Counted from the first letter of the stretch, positions 47,696 to 58,676 are shown. The stretch is DNA of 64,000 nt from Methanothrix sp. (GCA_037128175.1 JBAXWY010000002.1:32001-96000); one strand, 5' to 3'. The notes: generated by a model from the letters alone, not told the origin. A program made the numbers and translations.

Positions 47696-48055
47696 TTGAC
47701 AAAAAAATTCACAGATTTAGCATCCAGCGATCTGACCAAGCTTCCCAACATTTCGGAAAATCACTTTTGCATAGGCGTAGAGCGCATTTATCTGCATCTA
47801 TTTAACGAAAAGAATATGCACTGGTATATGGCGGAGTACGGGCCGATAAGCAAGAAATTCTTCGGATTTTTCGAGAACAGGTCCGACGGGATATCCTCTG
47901 GATTTTGTAGCCAGGAGGATCTGATGAAATGGTGCAAGAAGGGCGGACCATGGGAGCCAATGGTAGATGAGAACTGGAAGCCGACGGAGGCCAGAGAAGT
48001 CCTCTCTCTGCAGGGATATATCAAAATGATGATATGCTCACCGGATATGCTGTGA
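47696..48055 (+). CDS. DUF2958-like protein
   Basis: YLHLF...WYMAEY.P...FFGF...GF.S..DL...D.NWKP pattern; SD GAGGT plus TTG start. Confidence 0.55.
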   Translation: MTKKFTDLASSDLTKLPNISENHFCIGVERIYLHLFNEKNMHWYMAEYGPISKKFFGFFENRSDGISSGFCSQEDLMKWCKKGGPWEPMVDENWKPTEAREVLSLQGYIKMMICSPDML

Positions 48056-48082
48056 TTTGGCTTTTTGGCTCCAGGACTTCGC

Positions 48083-48343
48083 TTATCTCATCTTGCACTT
48101 TTTGTTGTAATGAGGGCATTTGGCATTGCTGCAGACGTTCTCCTTCGCGATCTCTGTAAGCACCATCTGCATCATGTCAAGGCGGTCTATCAACGAAGCG
48201 TCTGCAGATGCGGACTCCGCCTCCGAAAGAGCTTTTGCGACTTTTTCTAGCATATCAAGGGCTAGCATTTTTTCTTTGCGAGAAACGGCAAACTCAGCCT
48301 CAATCTTTGCTAAATCTTCCTCATTCACAGGCTCCATAGGCAC
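48083..48343 (-). CDS. Small helical protein with C-terminal Cys/His cluster
   Basis: CSNAKCPHYNKKC terminus; co-oriented after marker 12. Confidence 0.65.
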   Translation of the reverse strand: MPMEPVNEEDLAKIEAEFAVSRKEKMLALDMLEKVAKALSEAESASADASLIDRLDMMQMVLTEIAKENVCSNAKCPHYNKKCKMR

Positions 48344-48358
48344 TCCTTTTTCGACTCT

Positions 48359-49294
48359 TCAAAGGTCCACTTCCAGTCCCAGAATGCTCTTCGAGCCGTT
48401 AAATACGTCTTTGGCGATCCAGGCGCACCCTTGTGCAGCTGCAGAGCTTTCCAGGGGCTGCACCTCTCTGCCCAGTAGCTCGGATACGCGCCGACTCAGC
48501 TTTGCGGCGGGGCTGCCGGCCAGAAATAGATCCGGATTCTCCACGCCCCGGTCGCGACAGAGGACGAGAAGGGCATTGATCTCCATGGCCGCGAATAATG
48601 ATAGGGATTCGAGGGCCTGAGTTCCTTCCTCGGGCAGGCATTGCTCCAGATTTGCCCGCCCCATCTTGGAGAGAATGCCGCCGCCGTTAAAGGCCTGGTT
48701 TGCCGTCATCTTGCCGGAATCGACATCTCTTATGGCCTCGACATCCAGCGGGCCCTGTATCAGTCCGGGGGCAAAGATGGGCGCGTCAATAGCGGCGACG
48801 ATCTTTCCCTGCAGCACGGCAAATGTAACGGTGTTGGAGCTGGCATCGCATACAATGAAGCTATGGCTTTTGCCCCTAAAAACGCCGTAGGCCAGGCCCA
48901 CCTTCTCCGGGCTCATGCCGTGGGAGAAGACCTTCAAACGGGGATCGATATCGCTGGCACGATGAATGCCGGGCAGAAGGATGGCCGGCCAGCCCGAGGC
49001 TTGGATGGCTTCAAAGACCCTGGTGCCGCCGCCCACATGCAGACCGGCTCCATCCTGCCGGACCAGGCCGCGGTTAGGTGCATCCTCTAGCCTCACAATC
49101 CTAGTTATGCCGTCTCCCATGGAGTAGCTGAGGGCTACCAGATCGACGGTCTCGTGGCCTAAATGCTGAGCAATCCGCTCTACAATATCTTCCGGAGAAA
49201 GGCGGCTGGCCTCTTGCCTGGCAAGATTCCAGCAGCGCCCCTCCGGGGTGGCAAATCTTATGGCGGTGGTTCCGTGGTCTACTCCTATGAACAT
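48359..49294 (-). CDS. Methanogenesis marker protein 12 (UPF0285)
   Basis: FIGVDHGTTAIRF, YSMGDG, GGGTRVF, PGIH, SH..SPEK, DASSNTV. Confidence 0.9.
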   Translation of the reverse strand: MFIGVDHGTTAIRFATPEGRCWNLARQEASRLSPEDIVERIAQHLGHETVDLVALSYSMGDGITRIVRLEDAPNRGLVRQDGAGLHVGGGTRVFEAIQASGWPAILLPGIHRASDIDPRLKVFSHGMSPEKVGLAYGVFRGKSHSFIVCDASSNTVTFAVLQGKIVAAIDAPIFAPGLIQGPLDVEAIRDVDSGKMTANQAFNGGGILSKMGRANLEQCLPEEGTQALESLSLFAAMEINALLVLCRDRGVENPDLFLAGSPAAKLSRRVSELLGREVQPLESSAAAQGCAWIAKDVFNGSKSILGLEVDL

Positions 49295-49376
49295 TAGATC
49301 AGCCCAATGCCAGGATTCCTGGCAGAAGGGTATTTTTGCTAGGCCTTGATAAGCGTATCCGGCCCGCGGAGATCAT

Positions 49377-49709
49377 TTATCCGGAAAGAAGCAGAATTGC
49401 CTTATTCAACAGCACAGTGGTATGTATTACCGCATACGATTCCAGAAGCATGACCGCCCCTGTGTACTCTTCGGTCTCGATGCGATCTACCTCTGCAAAC
49501 TGGGGCTTGCTTGACCTTATCTGTCCTTCAAAGAAAGAAAGGCTCTCTTCATCTCCCTCTGCCAGGACTATGACCACAGAATTCTCTCTTTCTGTACGGT
49601 TGCCGGCATAAAATCCACGAAGGCAGGCATTTACGGCAACATCAGTAAGCCACGGCCGATAGCCCACTCCATGCACTTTACCGCCCGTAATTTTGATCTT
49701 TATCTTCAT
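49377..49709 (-). CDS. acyP: Acylphosphatase
   Basis: GKVHGVGYR, LRGF, N...V..LAEG. Confidence 0.8.
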   Translation of the reverse strand: MKIKIKITGGKVHGVGYRPWLTDVAVNACLRGFYAGNRTERENSVVIVLAEGDEESLSFFEGQIRSSKPQFAEVDRIETEEYTGAVMLLESYAVIHTTVLLNKAILLLSG

Positions 49710-49746
49710 GCTTGAGCCTCAAATCCATCTTCCGCTCTTGCTCGAT

Positions 49747-50640
49747 TCAGGCCGCGGAGATGAGTTCCAGCAATTCCTTTGCCACCTTGCCGCTCTCCCT
49801 TCTCGTTCTCATGAGCGTGCTCATGCGCCGGCACTCTCCCTGGTAGCTGCTCTTTTTGTCCACCAGGAAGAGGTCCACCTTGCCAAGCATTGATCGCACG
49901 CCTTCATCATTGGGGGGGACATTCATGGCCGTCATGAATTTAGCAGCCGGACCGCTCACCGGCTTATTTCCAATGAATGGACTCATGGCTACCACCATTT
50001 TGTCCGCCAGCCGCTCGCGCACGCCCTGCAGAGCCAAAATCGGGCCGATGCTGGTGACAGGATTGCTGGGACCGATGAGAATGGTGTCTTCCTTTTCCAG
50101 CAGATCCAGGAAAGCCTGGCAGGGAAGAGCGGCATCCAGACCCGCAAAAAATAGATCGCGAACCTCCGGCAATCCCTGGCGCCCTACCCAGAATTCCTGA
50201 AAGTGCATCACACCTTCCGGGGTAGAAACGACCGTAGAAACAATGTCGTCCGTCATGGGAACGACCCGCTGCTTCACACCCAGAGATTCGGCCAGGGCCT
50301 GCGATGCATGGCTGAGTTTGACCCCCCGGCGAAGCAACTCGGAGCGAAAGATATGAACTGCCCGATCCATGTCTCCCACCTGCAGCTTCTCTTTGATGCC
50401 CATCGCGATCAGGGTGTCATGGGTGAGGGTCTTGTCCTTCTTTATGCCCCACCATTTCTTCTCGTCGATCATATCGGCCAGGGTGTAAAGCACTGAATCA
50501 AGATCGGGGGAGATGTAGTTCCCGGAAATCCAGAGGTCCTCGGCCGTGTTCACCACCACAGAAAGCTCCTCTGGCCGCAAAAGCTCCTTCAGGCCCAGAA
50601 GAAGCTTGGGCGTGCCCGTGCCGCCGCTCAAAACTAGCAT
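49747..50640 (-). CDS. cofD: 2-phospho-L-lactate transferase (F420 biosynthesis)
   Basis: LSGGTGTPKL, NTAED, SPDLD, HFQEFWV, GPSNPVTSIGPIL, SGPA. Confidence 0.95.
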   Translation of the reverse strand: MLVLSGGTGTPKLLLGLKELLRPEELSVVVNTAEDLWISGNYISPDLDSVLYTLADMIDEKKWWGIKKDKTLTHDTLIAMGIKEKLQVGDMDRAVHIFRSELLRRGVKLSHASQALAESLGVKQRVVPMTDDIVSTVVSTPEGVMHFQEFWVGRQGLPEVRDLFFAGLDAALPCQAFLDLLEKEDTILIGPSNPVTSIGPILALQGVRERLADKMVVAMSPFIGNKPVSGPAAKFMTAMNVPPNDEGVRSMLGKVDLFLVDKKSSYQGECRRMSTLMRTRRESGKVAKELLELISAA

Positions 50641-51225
50641 CTAAAGACCAGCACTTTCGACATCCACTATAATCATGCCCGTCTTGAGATGAGCCGCATC
50701 TTCATCAGGAAGTGTCGATTTCACGGCTTTTTCATAGTCAATTGCGCTGTTTCCCAGAGGGTCCTCGAGAATGAGGGTCAGAGGAAATCGGCCGGCTTTA
50801 GCAAGGTTGATCTTCTCCAGGATCTCTTCGCCCTTACTGATGCTATCCAGGCTTTCCGCCTCTCGCGCCGAGCGCGTGGCAAAGCCCACCACGCCCAGGA
50901 TCCGGTCAAGGACGCCCTCCACATTGGATATGTACGACTCCGAGGAAAACCCTGGCTCGATGTCCACGCCAAGCTCCGGGATGCGAAGCGTGCCGCTGGA
51001 AGAACGAATCACTCTTGCATCCAGATCTTCAATGCTCGTAACCGGCAGAGTGAAGCGCACCGGCTCCTTTTGCGTTAAGAGAATAGTATCGCTGTGTCTA
51101 AAGCCGCAGTCACAGATCCCGGCAATGACCATGGTCTCTCCAAAATGAGGTATTTCCACCGTCTCCCAGCTAAACTGCATCTGGACTGAGCATACGGGGC
51201 AGGGCGCGTTTGTGGTTAGATTCAA
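50641..51225 (-). CDS. ZPR1 zinc-finger protein
   Basis: CPVC, IPHFGE, CDCGFR, RVIRS, IPEL, NVEG, EDPLGNS. Confidence 0.93.
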   Translation of the reverse strand: MNLTTNAPCPVCSVQMQFSWETVEIPHFGETMVIAGICDCGFRHSDTILLTQKEPVRFTLPVTSIEDLDARVIRSSSGTLRIPELGVDIEPGFSSESYISNVEGVLDRILGVVGFATRSAREAESLDSISKGEEILEKINLAKAGRFPLTLILEDPLGNSAIDYEKAVKSTLPDEDAAHLKTGMIIVDVESAGL

Positions 51226-51587
51226 TCTTTGCTCCCGACCACCTTCTCACGGTCAATCTTTATGCCGCTGGGAACCAATACTATGAGATCGTCGCCTACT
51301 CCCGCTATATCTCCGGAGACGTCTTCCACTGCCTTTTTCAGTTCACCAATGGCCCGGTCTAAAGCAGCTTTATCCCGCTTCAGTCCGGCGATATCCACCA
51401 GGACAATATTGCCTGCATAAATCTCCTGTTTGATCTCGGGCAGAACCTCGACCCGTCCCAGCTCCGCTACCCTTAAGATTATCTCCGGGGAGCCGCGCCC
51501 TTCCTCGAACTGACCCAGATCGACCTCAGAGTAATCCTGCTCCTTAGACTTTCCTATGAGCTTGAGCTTTTCCAGAAATCCAGCCAT
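51222..51587 (-). CDS. sepF: Cell division protein SepF
   Basis: IYAGNIVLVDI, GDIAG, VLVPSGIKIDR. Confidence 0.88.
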   Translation of the reverse strand: MAGFLEKLKLIGKSKEQDYSEVDLGQFEEGRGSPEIILRVAELGRVEVLPEIKQEIYAGNIVLVDIAGLKRDKAALDRAIGELKKAVEDVSGDIAGVGDDLIVLVPSGIKIDREKVVGSKD

Positions 51588-51638
51588 CTAAAAACCCCGC
51601 AAAGGAAATGTGTATTATTATATTTATATTTAACGGCA

Positions 51639-51833
51639 TTACAGGTCCACGAGTTTTAATCCTACCAAGCCCATGGCCACCATGAATAGCAGGACGATCA
51701 GAGCAAAGCTCGACGACCTCAGCTCGGCGGGAAGGGTTATTTGTGCCCCCAAAATGAGAACAATCATCAGAAATACGAGGCCAGTACTGAGGCCAATCTC
51801 AAGCCAATTCTTCTTCACAAATGTACTGTCCAC
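51639..51833 (-). CDS. Small two-TM membrane protein
   Basis: 64 aa with two hydrophobic helices, directly after cofG. Confidence 0.6.
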   Translation of the reverse strand: MDSTFVKKNWLEIGLSTGLVFLMIVLILGAQITLPAELRSSSFALIVLLFMVAMGLVGLKLVDL

Positions 51834-51838
51834 CCGCC

Positions 51839-52840
51839 TTAGAAGATATACTTTTTCACCCGAAGACCGTCCTCGCCCGCCAAGAAATCCACCAACGATC
51901 GGGTTTCATGGCCATGCCAGCCCATAGCAATAAAGCGGGGATAAACGGGCAGCCTCTCTCTCAGGTTATAATCCGAGAGACGGTGGTGCAGCTCTTCTTC
52001 ATCCGGCCAGGGCCTATCAGGATTTATGCCGTCCACAGTAACAGGGCTAATTCCTCCCAGATCGGTTGCACCCGCGGCAAGCATGGGACGCGGGTCCACA
52101 AGGTTGGGAGGAACCTGGATTGCCACCTCAGGCGGAAGGATCTCGCGCGCCGCTTCTACCGTTCGGCAGAGATCCATCATCTCTGGCCGGGGTGCATTCT
52201 CCAGAGCCGTTCCTGATTTGGGATCCAGCGGCTGGATGATGACCTCCTGAATATGACCGAAGACGCTATGCAGATGGGCAATTTTGCGGAGCGCGTCTTT
52301 CCGGTCCTGCTGGCTTTCGCCAATGCCCACCATTATGCCAGTAGTGAAAGGAATATGCAGTCTTCCGGCCAGGGCCATGTACTGCAACCTTAAGTTTGGC
52401 CTCTTTCCCGGCGACTGTGCATGTGCATCCAGCAGGGCAGTCGTCTCCAGCATCAGCCCCATAGAGGCGTTATACGGCTGCAAGCGCCGAAGATCTTCTT
52501 CTCCCAGCAGGCCGGCATTGCAATGAGGCAGCAGTCCAAACTCAAGGGCAAGCTCGCATAGCTCCACCAAATAGTCCATCAAATCCGCGACGCCGGCATT
52601 GGCCAGGATGCTCTCAAAGCCCGAGACCGTCCCGGGGCTCTCACCCATAGTAAAAAGCGCCTCGCTGCATCCACATAGAGCGCCCTGTTCCAGCAGATGC
52701 AGCGCGTTTGATCTGGAAATCAAATGAGCGTCTTTTGGTTCCTTTCGAAAAGAGCAGTAGCCGCAGCGATTCCTACAGAGGTTTGTTACGGGAATAAAAA
52801 TATTTTTGGAGTAGGTGAGTGTTTTCATATTAAGATTCAT
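51839..52840 (-). CDS. cofG: FO synthase subunit CofG (radical SAM)
   Basis: [56 protein letters not shown]. Confidence 0.95.
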   Translation of the reverse strand: MNLNMKTLTYSKNIFIPVTNLCRNRCGYCSFRKEPKDAHLISRSNALHLLEQGALCGCSEALFTMGESPGTVSGFESILANAGVADLMDYLVELCELALEFGLLPHCNAGLLGEEDLRRLQPYNASMGLMLETTALLDAHAQSPGKRPNLRLQYMALAGRLHIPFTTGIMVGIGESQQDRKDALRKIAHLHSVFGHIQEVIIQPLDPKSGTALENAPRPEMMDLCRTVEAAREILPPEVAIQVPPNLVDPRPMLAAGATDLGGISPVTVDGINPDRPWPDEEELHHRLSDYNLRERLPVYPRFIAMGWHGHETRSLVDFLAGEDGLRVKKYIF

Positions 52841-52843
52841 AAC

Positions 52844-53293
52844 CTAACGACGAAACTCCACCAGCTTCAAGACATTTCCCAGCGGGCAGTCCTCGGGAGC
52901 CTCGCCCACTATATCCACAATAGTGCATCTTTCGCCATCTTTCAGTCCCGATGGGTGGCACATATCATACATGCTGCATTCGGGATCATCGCATTTCATG
53001 GCTTCAAAGACGATCTTGGAACCGGGAAATGCTTTTCTGGCGTCAAAGGCCGCAATTATGGGGCTCTCCGCCACTTCAACCGCCCGCACTCCAGCCTCGT
53101 GGATAGGGCAATCATGAACCAGCTCCCCGCGGGTCCCCAATATCCTGTAGCGCCTGCTTGGCTCCAGGTTGATGCACGTGTTTCTAAGCTTACAGGTCTC
53201 GCATTCCGGTGTGGGGCCCACGAAGGTGAACTCCAGGCCAATGCTGGCAAGTTTCGTTCCAATCAGCGTAATTTGTGTGGATGCCTCGGACAT
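52844..53293 (-). CDS. UPF0179 family protein
   Basis: ITLIG.KLA, CETCKL..C.NL, HDCPIH. Confidence 0.85.
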   Translation of the reverse strand: MSEASTQITLIGTKLASIGLEFTFVGPTPECETCKLRNTCINLEPSRRYRILGTRGELVHDCPIHEAGVRAVEVAESPIIAAFDARKAFPGSKIVFEAMKCDDPECSMYDMCHPSGLKDGERCTIVDIVGEAPEDCPLGNVLKLVEFRR

Positions 53294-53327
53294 AGTTCAT
53301 TCTCCTTTTTTCATGATTATTATTATT

Positions 53328-54377
53328 TTAGATTATTCCCGTCGCTTCAGCCGCTTTGGTCGCTGCCATTCGGTTCAGGCCAAAATCAAGAATGGTATAA
53401 CGTTCCGGTCGAATCTCGTGGGCACGAACCAGGGCAGAGATCACGCTATCTGCATCCAAACCCGCTTCTGCCGCGGAGATGGGGGCGCCTACCATTGCCA
53501 GTGCCCTTTTTATATTCTTCCAGTCCCCGCCATGCAGATACATCATCATAATGGTGCCCAGACCGCAAAGCTCGCCATGCAGAGCCTTTCCTGGAGCAAT
53601 TTTGTTCATGGCATGAGCGAACTTGTGCTCCGAGCCGCTGGCTGGGCGCGACGATCCAGCTATGCTCATGGCCACTCCGCTGGATATCAGGGCTTTGATT
53701 ACTATCCGGGCCGATTCCTCCAGGCCCGGCCGAATATCTGCCGCAAGCTCGACGATCATGCGCGCCGTCATGCCGGAGAGGGCAGCGGCATATTCACTGT
53801 ACTCCTCATTATGAAGGCGATGGGCCAGTTGCCAGTCTAAAATGGCAGTGTAGTTGGAGATGATGTCGCCGCATCCGGCAGCCAGTAGCCGCGCCGGAGC
53901 CTGGGATATTATCTTGCTGTCGGCAACAATGGCCAGCGGGGAATGCGCTTTGATGGAAGTGGTCTCCCCGTTGACCGTCAAGGAGGCCTGAGAGGAGCAG
54001 ATGCCGTCATGCGAAGCGGCCGTGGGCACAGACAAAAACGGCACACAAACACCAAGTGATGCGAGCTTGGCAATGTCTATCGATCTGCCGCCTCCGGCAC
54101 CGATAAGAAAACCTGCCCCCATCTCCCGCGCCAAACGCTCTGCGCGATCTACCTCTTCCAGCTTGGAGGCGCTGCAAATAAGGGTCTCTGGTTCGTATCC
54201 GCCGTCATCTAAGAGCTCAAAGATGGCCTTTCCCATCACGTCCTGGGTACGCGGGCCAGTGATGATAAGAGCACGCCCTTGCAACTGCAGACTGGTGCAG
54301 ATCTCGGATAGCTCCAGTATCACGCCACTACCTACCGCTACGATGCGCGGGAGTTCCATCCACCTAGATCCGACCAT
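53328..54377 (-). CDS. egsA: sn-glycerol-1-phosphate dehydrogenase
   Basis: GGGRSIDIAK, PTAASHDG, GSSRPASGSEH, LHGE, RPERYTIL. Confidence 0.95.
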   Translation of the reverse strand: MVGSRWMELPRIVAVGSGVILELSEICTSLQLQGRALIITGPRTQDVMGKAIFELLDDGGYEPETLICSASKLEEVDRAERLAREMGAGFLIGAGGGRSIDIAKLASLGVCVPFLSVPTAASHDGICSSQASLTVNGETTSIKAHSPLAIVADSKIISQAPARLLAAGCGDIISNYTAILDWQLAHRLHNEEYSEYAAALSGMTARMIVELAADIRPGLEESARIVIKALISSGVAMSIAGSSRPASGSEHKFAHAMNKIAPGKALHGELCGLGTIMMMYLHGGDWKNIKRALAMVGAPISAAEAGLDADSVISALVRAHEIRPERYTILDFGLNRMAATKAAEATGII

Positions 54378-54434
54378 TGCCTTCTCACCAGCGAAAAACA
54401 GGCTAAGATGCATGTGGTCTATGGCGATATAAAA

Positions 54435-55202
54435 TCATATCCTTAACAAGTCACTATTCTCAGAACGTAGGTCGCAGAGTATGCGATCCCTTATAAGATT
54501 GACCTCGGAGCTGGTTCTGTTGCGGGGGCGGGGAAGTGGTATCTCAATGATATCCTTGATTCTCCCCGGCCGGGCGGACATGATCACGATGCGATCCGCG
54601 AGGTATATGGCCTCGTCAACGCTGTGGGTGACAAAGACAACCGTTTTTCTCTCCTCGTGCCAGATGCGCAGAAGTTCGGACTGCATGATGTTGCGCGTCT
54701 GGGCGTCCAGGGCTCCAAAGGGCTCATCCATGAGCAGAGCCTTAGGATGATTGACCAAGGCACGAGCGATGGCCACCCGCTGTTTCATGCCTCCAGACAA
54801 CTCATGCGGATAGCGCGTCTCAAAACGCTCCAGGCCCACCATTCTTAGGTACTGCCTGCCCTGAGCAAGTCGCTCCGCAGAGGGTACGCCTTTCAATTCC
54901 AGGCCGAAGACGATGTTATCGATGACCGTTCGCCAGGGAAATAACGAGTACTCCTGGAAGACCATACCTCTCTCCGGTCCGGGGCCTATTATGGGTTCGC
55001 CATGAAGAGTTACAGTGCCACTCGTCGCCTCCTCAAGGCCCGCGACTATACGTAACAACGTGGTCTTGCCGCAGCCAGAGGGGCCGATGAAGCAAACGAA
55101 CTCATTTTCCTCTATTTTCAGGTTGACATCCTGCAGAGCTACCATCTCTTTTCCGTCCGCGAAAAATTGCTTGGATACGCCCTTGATCTCCAGCAGAGCC
55201 AT
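54435..55202 (-). CDS. ABC transporter ATPase, nitrate/sulfonate (TauB/SsuB) type
   Basis: [33 protein letters not shown]. Confidence 0.92.
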   Translation of the reverse strand: MALLEIKGVSKQFFADGKEMVALQDVNLKIEENEFVCFIGPSGCGKTTLLRIVAGLEEATSGTVTLHGEPIIGPGPERGMVFQEYSLFPWRTVIDNIVFGLELKGVPSAERLAQGRQYLRMVGLERFETRYPHELSGGMKQRVAIARALVNHPKALLMDEPFGALDAQTRNIMQSELLRIWHEERKTVVFVTHSVDEAIYLADRIVIMSARPGRIKDIIEIPLPRPRNRTSSEVNLIRDRILCDLRSENSDLLRI

Positions 55203-55316
55203 TCAATTCGTGGTATCGCGGCGGGTAGGTATAGATCTTTCCGTTCAGGAAGATTTTGGGAGGTGCGTGTTGCCAAGCACACTATTCTGACCGTCCTGAA
55301 TATGCGGCGAGGTCGC

Positions 55317-57605
55317 TTACCCTTTGTAGTCCCCGCTCACCAGCTCGCGAATGCGCTGTGCGATCTTGGGCCCCACCAGTTCTACCTCTTGCAGCTGCGA
55401 AGATGAAGCCGTCATGATCTTCTCGACGGATCCGAAGTGCTTGAGCAGGTTCTTGGCTACCGTTGGCCCCACGCTGGAAATGGCCGATATCAAGTACTCT
55501 TGCTGCTCTTTAAGCGTCCTGGCGGTCTTGTGGCCGTGCAACTTAGGCTCGCGCCCCTCCCGCAACTCTCTATGGGCCAGCAGGGCAATAACCGCGACCG
55601 TTTCGTTCCGGTCTTCCGTGGGAATGATGGGGACGCCATAGTCCACAGCCACGGAAATCATTGCTCCGCGAATAGATCCGGCATTCATCTGCGTGGTGTA
55701 AAGATCCCTGCCCTCTAAAATCAAAACCGGCCGCTCGTAAGTCCTGGCCAAATCCGCAATCTGCCGAAATAAGTTTCTCTCTGGATCGATAATCGAAGAT
55801 ACAAAATCATGTGCCGTTTTGCGTTCGATGGCCACCCGATCGCTGACCACATAGTCTCCCACCTCCAGATTCTTGACGGTGACTTCGAGGCCCAGAGACT
55901 CCAGAAGCTTTGCCATCTCCCTCTCCCTTGAGTCCACAAAAATTTTTGCCGGAATTTTGCCGGGCTCTTCCGAGTCCGTTTGCTCTTTTTGCACATCTCT
56001 TTCATCCATCTTTGCAGGATGGGCCGGATCCTGGGTTATCTGCATCTGACGGGGCAAAAACTCCTTCTGCATAGATTCCATAGGTTGATCGCTCAGATCC
56101 CGTATCTGCCGGTTCATGTTCTTTTCTTTGCGCTCCGATATCCAGTGATAGGCCTCATCGCGCGTACCTTTGGCCATTAATACTACTACTCTGCCAGCTC
56201 TTGCCCTGCCGGTCCTGCCTTTGCGCTGAATGCTGCGAATCTCGGAGGGCACCGGCTCATAAAAGAGAACCAGATCCGTGGCAGGAATATCGATTCCTTC
56301 CTCCCCCACCGAGGTGGCAATGAGGACATTGTAGTCGCCTGCCCGAAATTTCTGCAGAATCTCGGCTTGCTTTTTTTGGCTGAGGCCTTGATCATTATCG
56401 CGGCTGGACTGGCCCACGAATCGCACGGCCCGAATGGCGGGATCATCTTTCAGGAACGAGAGAAGAGATGTGGCTGTGTCCCGATAGTTAGTAAAGACCA
56501 TGATGAGAGACTCTGGCTTCGCAGCAATCTGCTCCAGTAGTATCCTCTTTACGGCGGCAGGCTTAGGATGCTCCACCTTCAGGCTATGCAGGGCATCTAC
56601 AACCTGCCGGAATCCGGGGTCCTGCATTATCCGGCGGGAAGCTTTGGAACCGCTACGCGAGAGGGCTTCGCCTTCTAGCCTTTGAAAATATCTGGCCAAT
56701 GCATCCGGTCCCTGCGTCTCCGCCAGCTCAACGGCATGATGCAATTTGAGAATCTCGGCCATGAGAGAAATGGCCGCAAATGTAGATTTATTTGCATGCG
56801 TCTTGGCCGAGGACATGAGGGTAGCTTGCAGCCCTAGAAGCTCTTTCTTAGAGGACTTGGATTCGATTCTGACCGGACTGATGCCTAAAAGGTTCAGATC
56901 ATCGATTCTGCGGCTGAGGAGCTCCTCGATGGCGGATCGGATAAGCAGAAGCTCTTTGGGAACGGTAAGCTTCACCCACTCGATCTCCCGCTCGTGAACA
57001 AATGGGGCGACATCAGGATCATTTTCCGTGCGGGTCTGGATCTTCTCAATGGATAGGTTGGTGCATATCTCGGCGATCTTCTCGCTCTGGCTGCCCGGGC
57101 TGGCGGTAATCCCCAGGACCAGCGGGCTTTTCGCCTCGCGATGATAGCGATCGGCGATATAAACATAAGCATAGCCTCCCACTGCTCGGTGCGCCTCGTC
57201 GAATATCACCAGGGATACATCCTTAAGATCGATCCTTCGAGAGAGAAGATCGTTTTCTATCACCTGTGGAGTGGATACAACGATGCGGCTTTTCTCCCAG
57301 GATTCGATTCTTTTTTCCGGAGAATTCTCCCCCGTCATCATGGTGACGATATCTCTGTCTTTGAGCACACGCTGCAAGAAAACAGCATGCTGCTCCACCA
57401 GTGGCTTGGTAGGAGCCAGGAAAAGAACCCTGCCCTTATCCATTCGAGCCAGCAACACCATGAGTGCTATGACGGTCTTGCCCAGACCCGTAGGTACTAC
57501 AATAAGACTGGAGGCCGTGAGAGCCGTGGCGGCCAAATCCAACTGGAATAGCCGCTTTTCTACGGTTTGCGGCAACAGATGCGGATGCTCCAGGTAGGAG
57601 GACAT
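55317..57605 (-). CDS. hef: Hef helicase/nuclease (SF2 helicase plus ERCC4 and HhH)
   Basis: PTGLGKT, DEAH, TASPG, QRKGRTGR; VDSRE, GDY, ERK, HhH tail. Confidence 0.95.
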   Translation of the reverse strand: MSSYLEHPHLLPQTVEKRLFQLDLAATALTASSLIVVPTGLGKTVIALMVLLARMDKGRVLFLAPTKPLVEQHAVFLQRVLKDRDIVTMMTGENSPEKRIESWEKSRIVVSTPQVIENDLLSRRIDLKDVSLVIFDEAHRAVGGYAYVYIADRYHREAKSPLVLGITASPGSQSEKIAEICTNLSIEKIQTRTENDPDVAPFVHEREIEWVKLTVPKELLLIRSAIEELLSRRIDDLNLLGISPVRIESKSSKKELLGLQATLMSSAKTHANKSTFAAISLMAEILKLHHAVELAETQGPDALARYFQRLEGEALSRSGSKASRRIMQDPGFRQVVDALHSLKVEHPKPAAVKRILLEQIAAKPESLIMVFTNYRDTATSLLSFLKDDPAIRAVRFVGQSSRDNDQGLSQKKQAEILQKFRAGDYNVLIATSVGEEGIDIPATDLVLFYEPVPSEIRSIQRKGRTGRARAGRVVVLMAKGTRDEAYHWISERKEKNMNRQIRDLSDQPMESMQKEFLPRQMQITQDPAHPAKMDERDVQKEQTDSEEPGKIPAKIFVDSREREMAKLLESLGLEVTVKNLEVGDYVVSDRVAIERKTAHDFVSSIIDPERNLFRQIADLARTYERPVLILEGRDLYTTQMNAGSIRGAMISVAVDYGVPIIPTEDRNETVAVIALLAHRELREGREPKLHGHKTARTLKEQQEYLISAISSVGPTVAKNLLKHFGSVEKIMTASSSQLQEVELVGPKIAQRIRELVSGDYKG

Positions 57606-57878
57606 AACTGATCCAATGCTCTCTTGTTGTATTTGATTCCATTGTATTAGATCTATTGATGCGCATTTATTATTCATATTATATCATTTTTACGATACTT
57701 ATCCCCCCAGGCTTTTGAAACTAGTTATGGGATCTGAAAGTAGGTCGCCCCAATCTAGGCTGTTTTGAAGGATAAATTTATATAATATAAAAGTAAGATA
57801 TTGATAGAAAGCTAAATTTCGCTTATTTAGCGAAATAGCTCAAATTAATCGCTTAAAAAAAAGGGGGCGAAAAGAAAA

Positions 57879-58676
57879 ATGAAGGGAGTAATAGTAATAG
57901 TAGTTGTGTTGGCAATTGCCCTAATCGGAGGTTGCAACACCGCGCTAGCTAATCCACCACTGGTGCCACCAGTTCAGTATGAACAGTTCTGTGAAGCACA
58001 AAAAGTGTCTGGAACGGGAATTATCGATGTCAGCACATCGATAATCGATAAAAAGATCGCACTTGAATACTACAACACCATGGCAGGCGACGGCGACTTG
58101 GAGCTAGACTCTGAGCATGCTTACTCTCAGGATGCTGAGAAGCTCAACAGGAATATAAGCTCAGTAAACGGCGGCAACAAGTCTGCCCTTAACCTCTACG
58201 AGACCACTAAACTGACATATGCAGGTGAGACGCCCCTGACCGGCGGCAAGTACCTGCATTCCAAGGCATTCTACGGCGGCATCGGCGCTGATGTTCAGGA
58301 GATGTTCTCCGTAAACGAGATGGAAAAGGATGAAACCGCATTCTTTGCCTCTACGACGCCTTATCAGCCCCGGAATGTCAGCCCGGAGGACTTGATCAAG
58401 AAGCTCAAGGAAGCAGGAAGAAACACCAAGGAGGTCGAAGATCTCATGACGGCTAGCAATGGTATCTATGTTCCGTCCCACCTCATCGGCCTTGAGACCA
58501 AGAACTCCTTCAATGGTACCTGGGGTACCGATGCCAAGTGGCACAAGATATTCTACAAGGATATCAAGGCCCACGAAATGTTCACAGGAACCTTCGAGGC
58601 CGAGAAGCTCATCAAGTTCCATGAGAATCCCGTGCCCGACAAAATCCAAGCGCCCTGTGATGGCATTGACTGCTAG
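57879..58676 (+). CDS. Secreted hypothetical protein
   Basis: Signal peptide; beta-rich pattern; ends PCDGIDC; strong AT-rich promoter upstream. Confidence 0.8.
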   Translation: MKGVIVIVVVLAIALIGGCNTALANPPLVPPVQYEQFCEAQKVSGTGIIDVSTSIIDKKIALEYYNTMAGDGDLELDSEHAYSQDAEKLNRNISSVNGGNKSALNLYETTKLTYAGETPLTGGKYLHSKAFYGGIGADVQEMFSVNEMEKDETAFFASTTPYQPRNVSPEDLIKKLKEAGRNTKEVEDLMTASNGIYVPSHLIGLETKNSFNGTWGTDAKWHKIFYKDIKAHEMFTGTFEAEKLIKFHENPVPDKIQAPCDGIDC

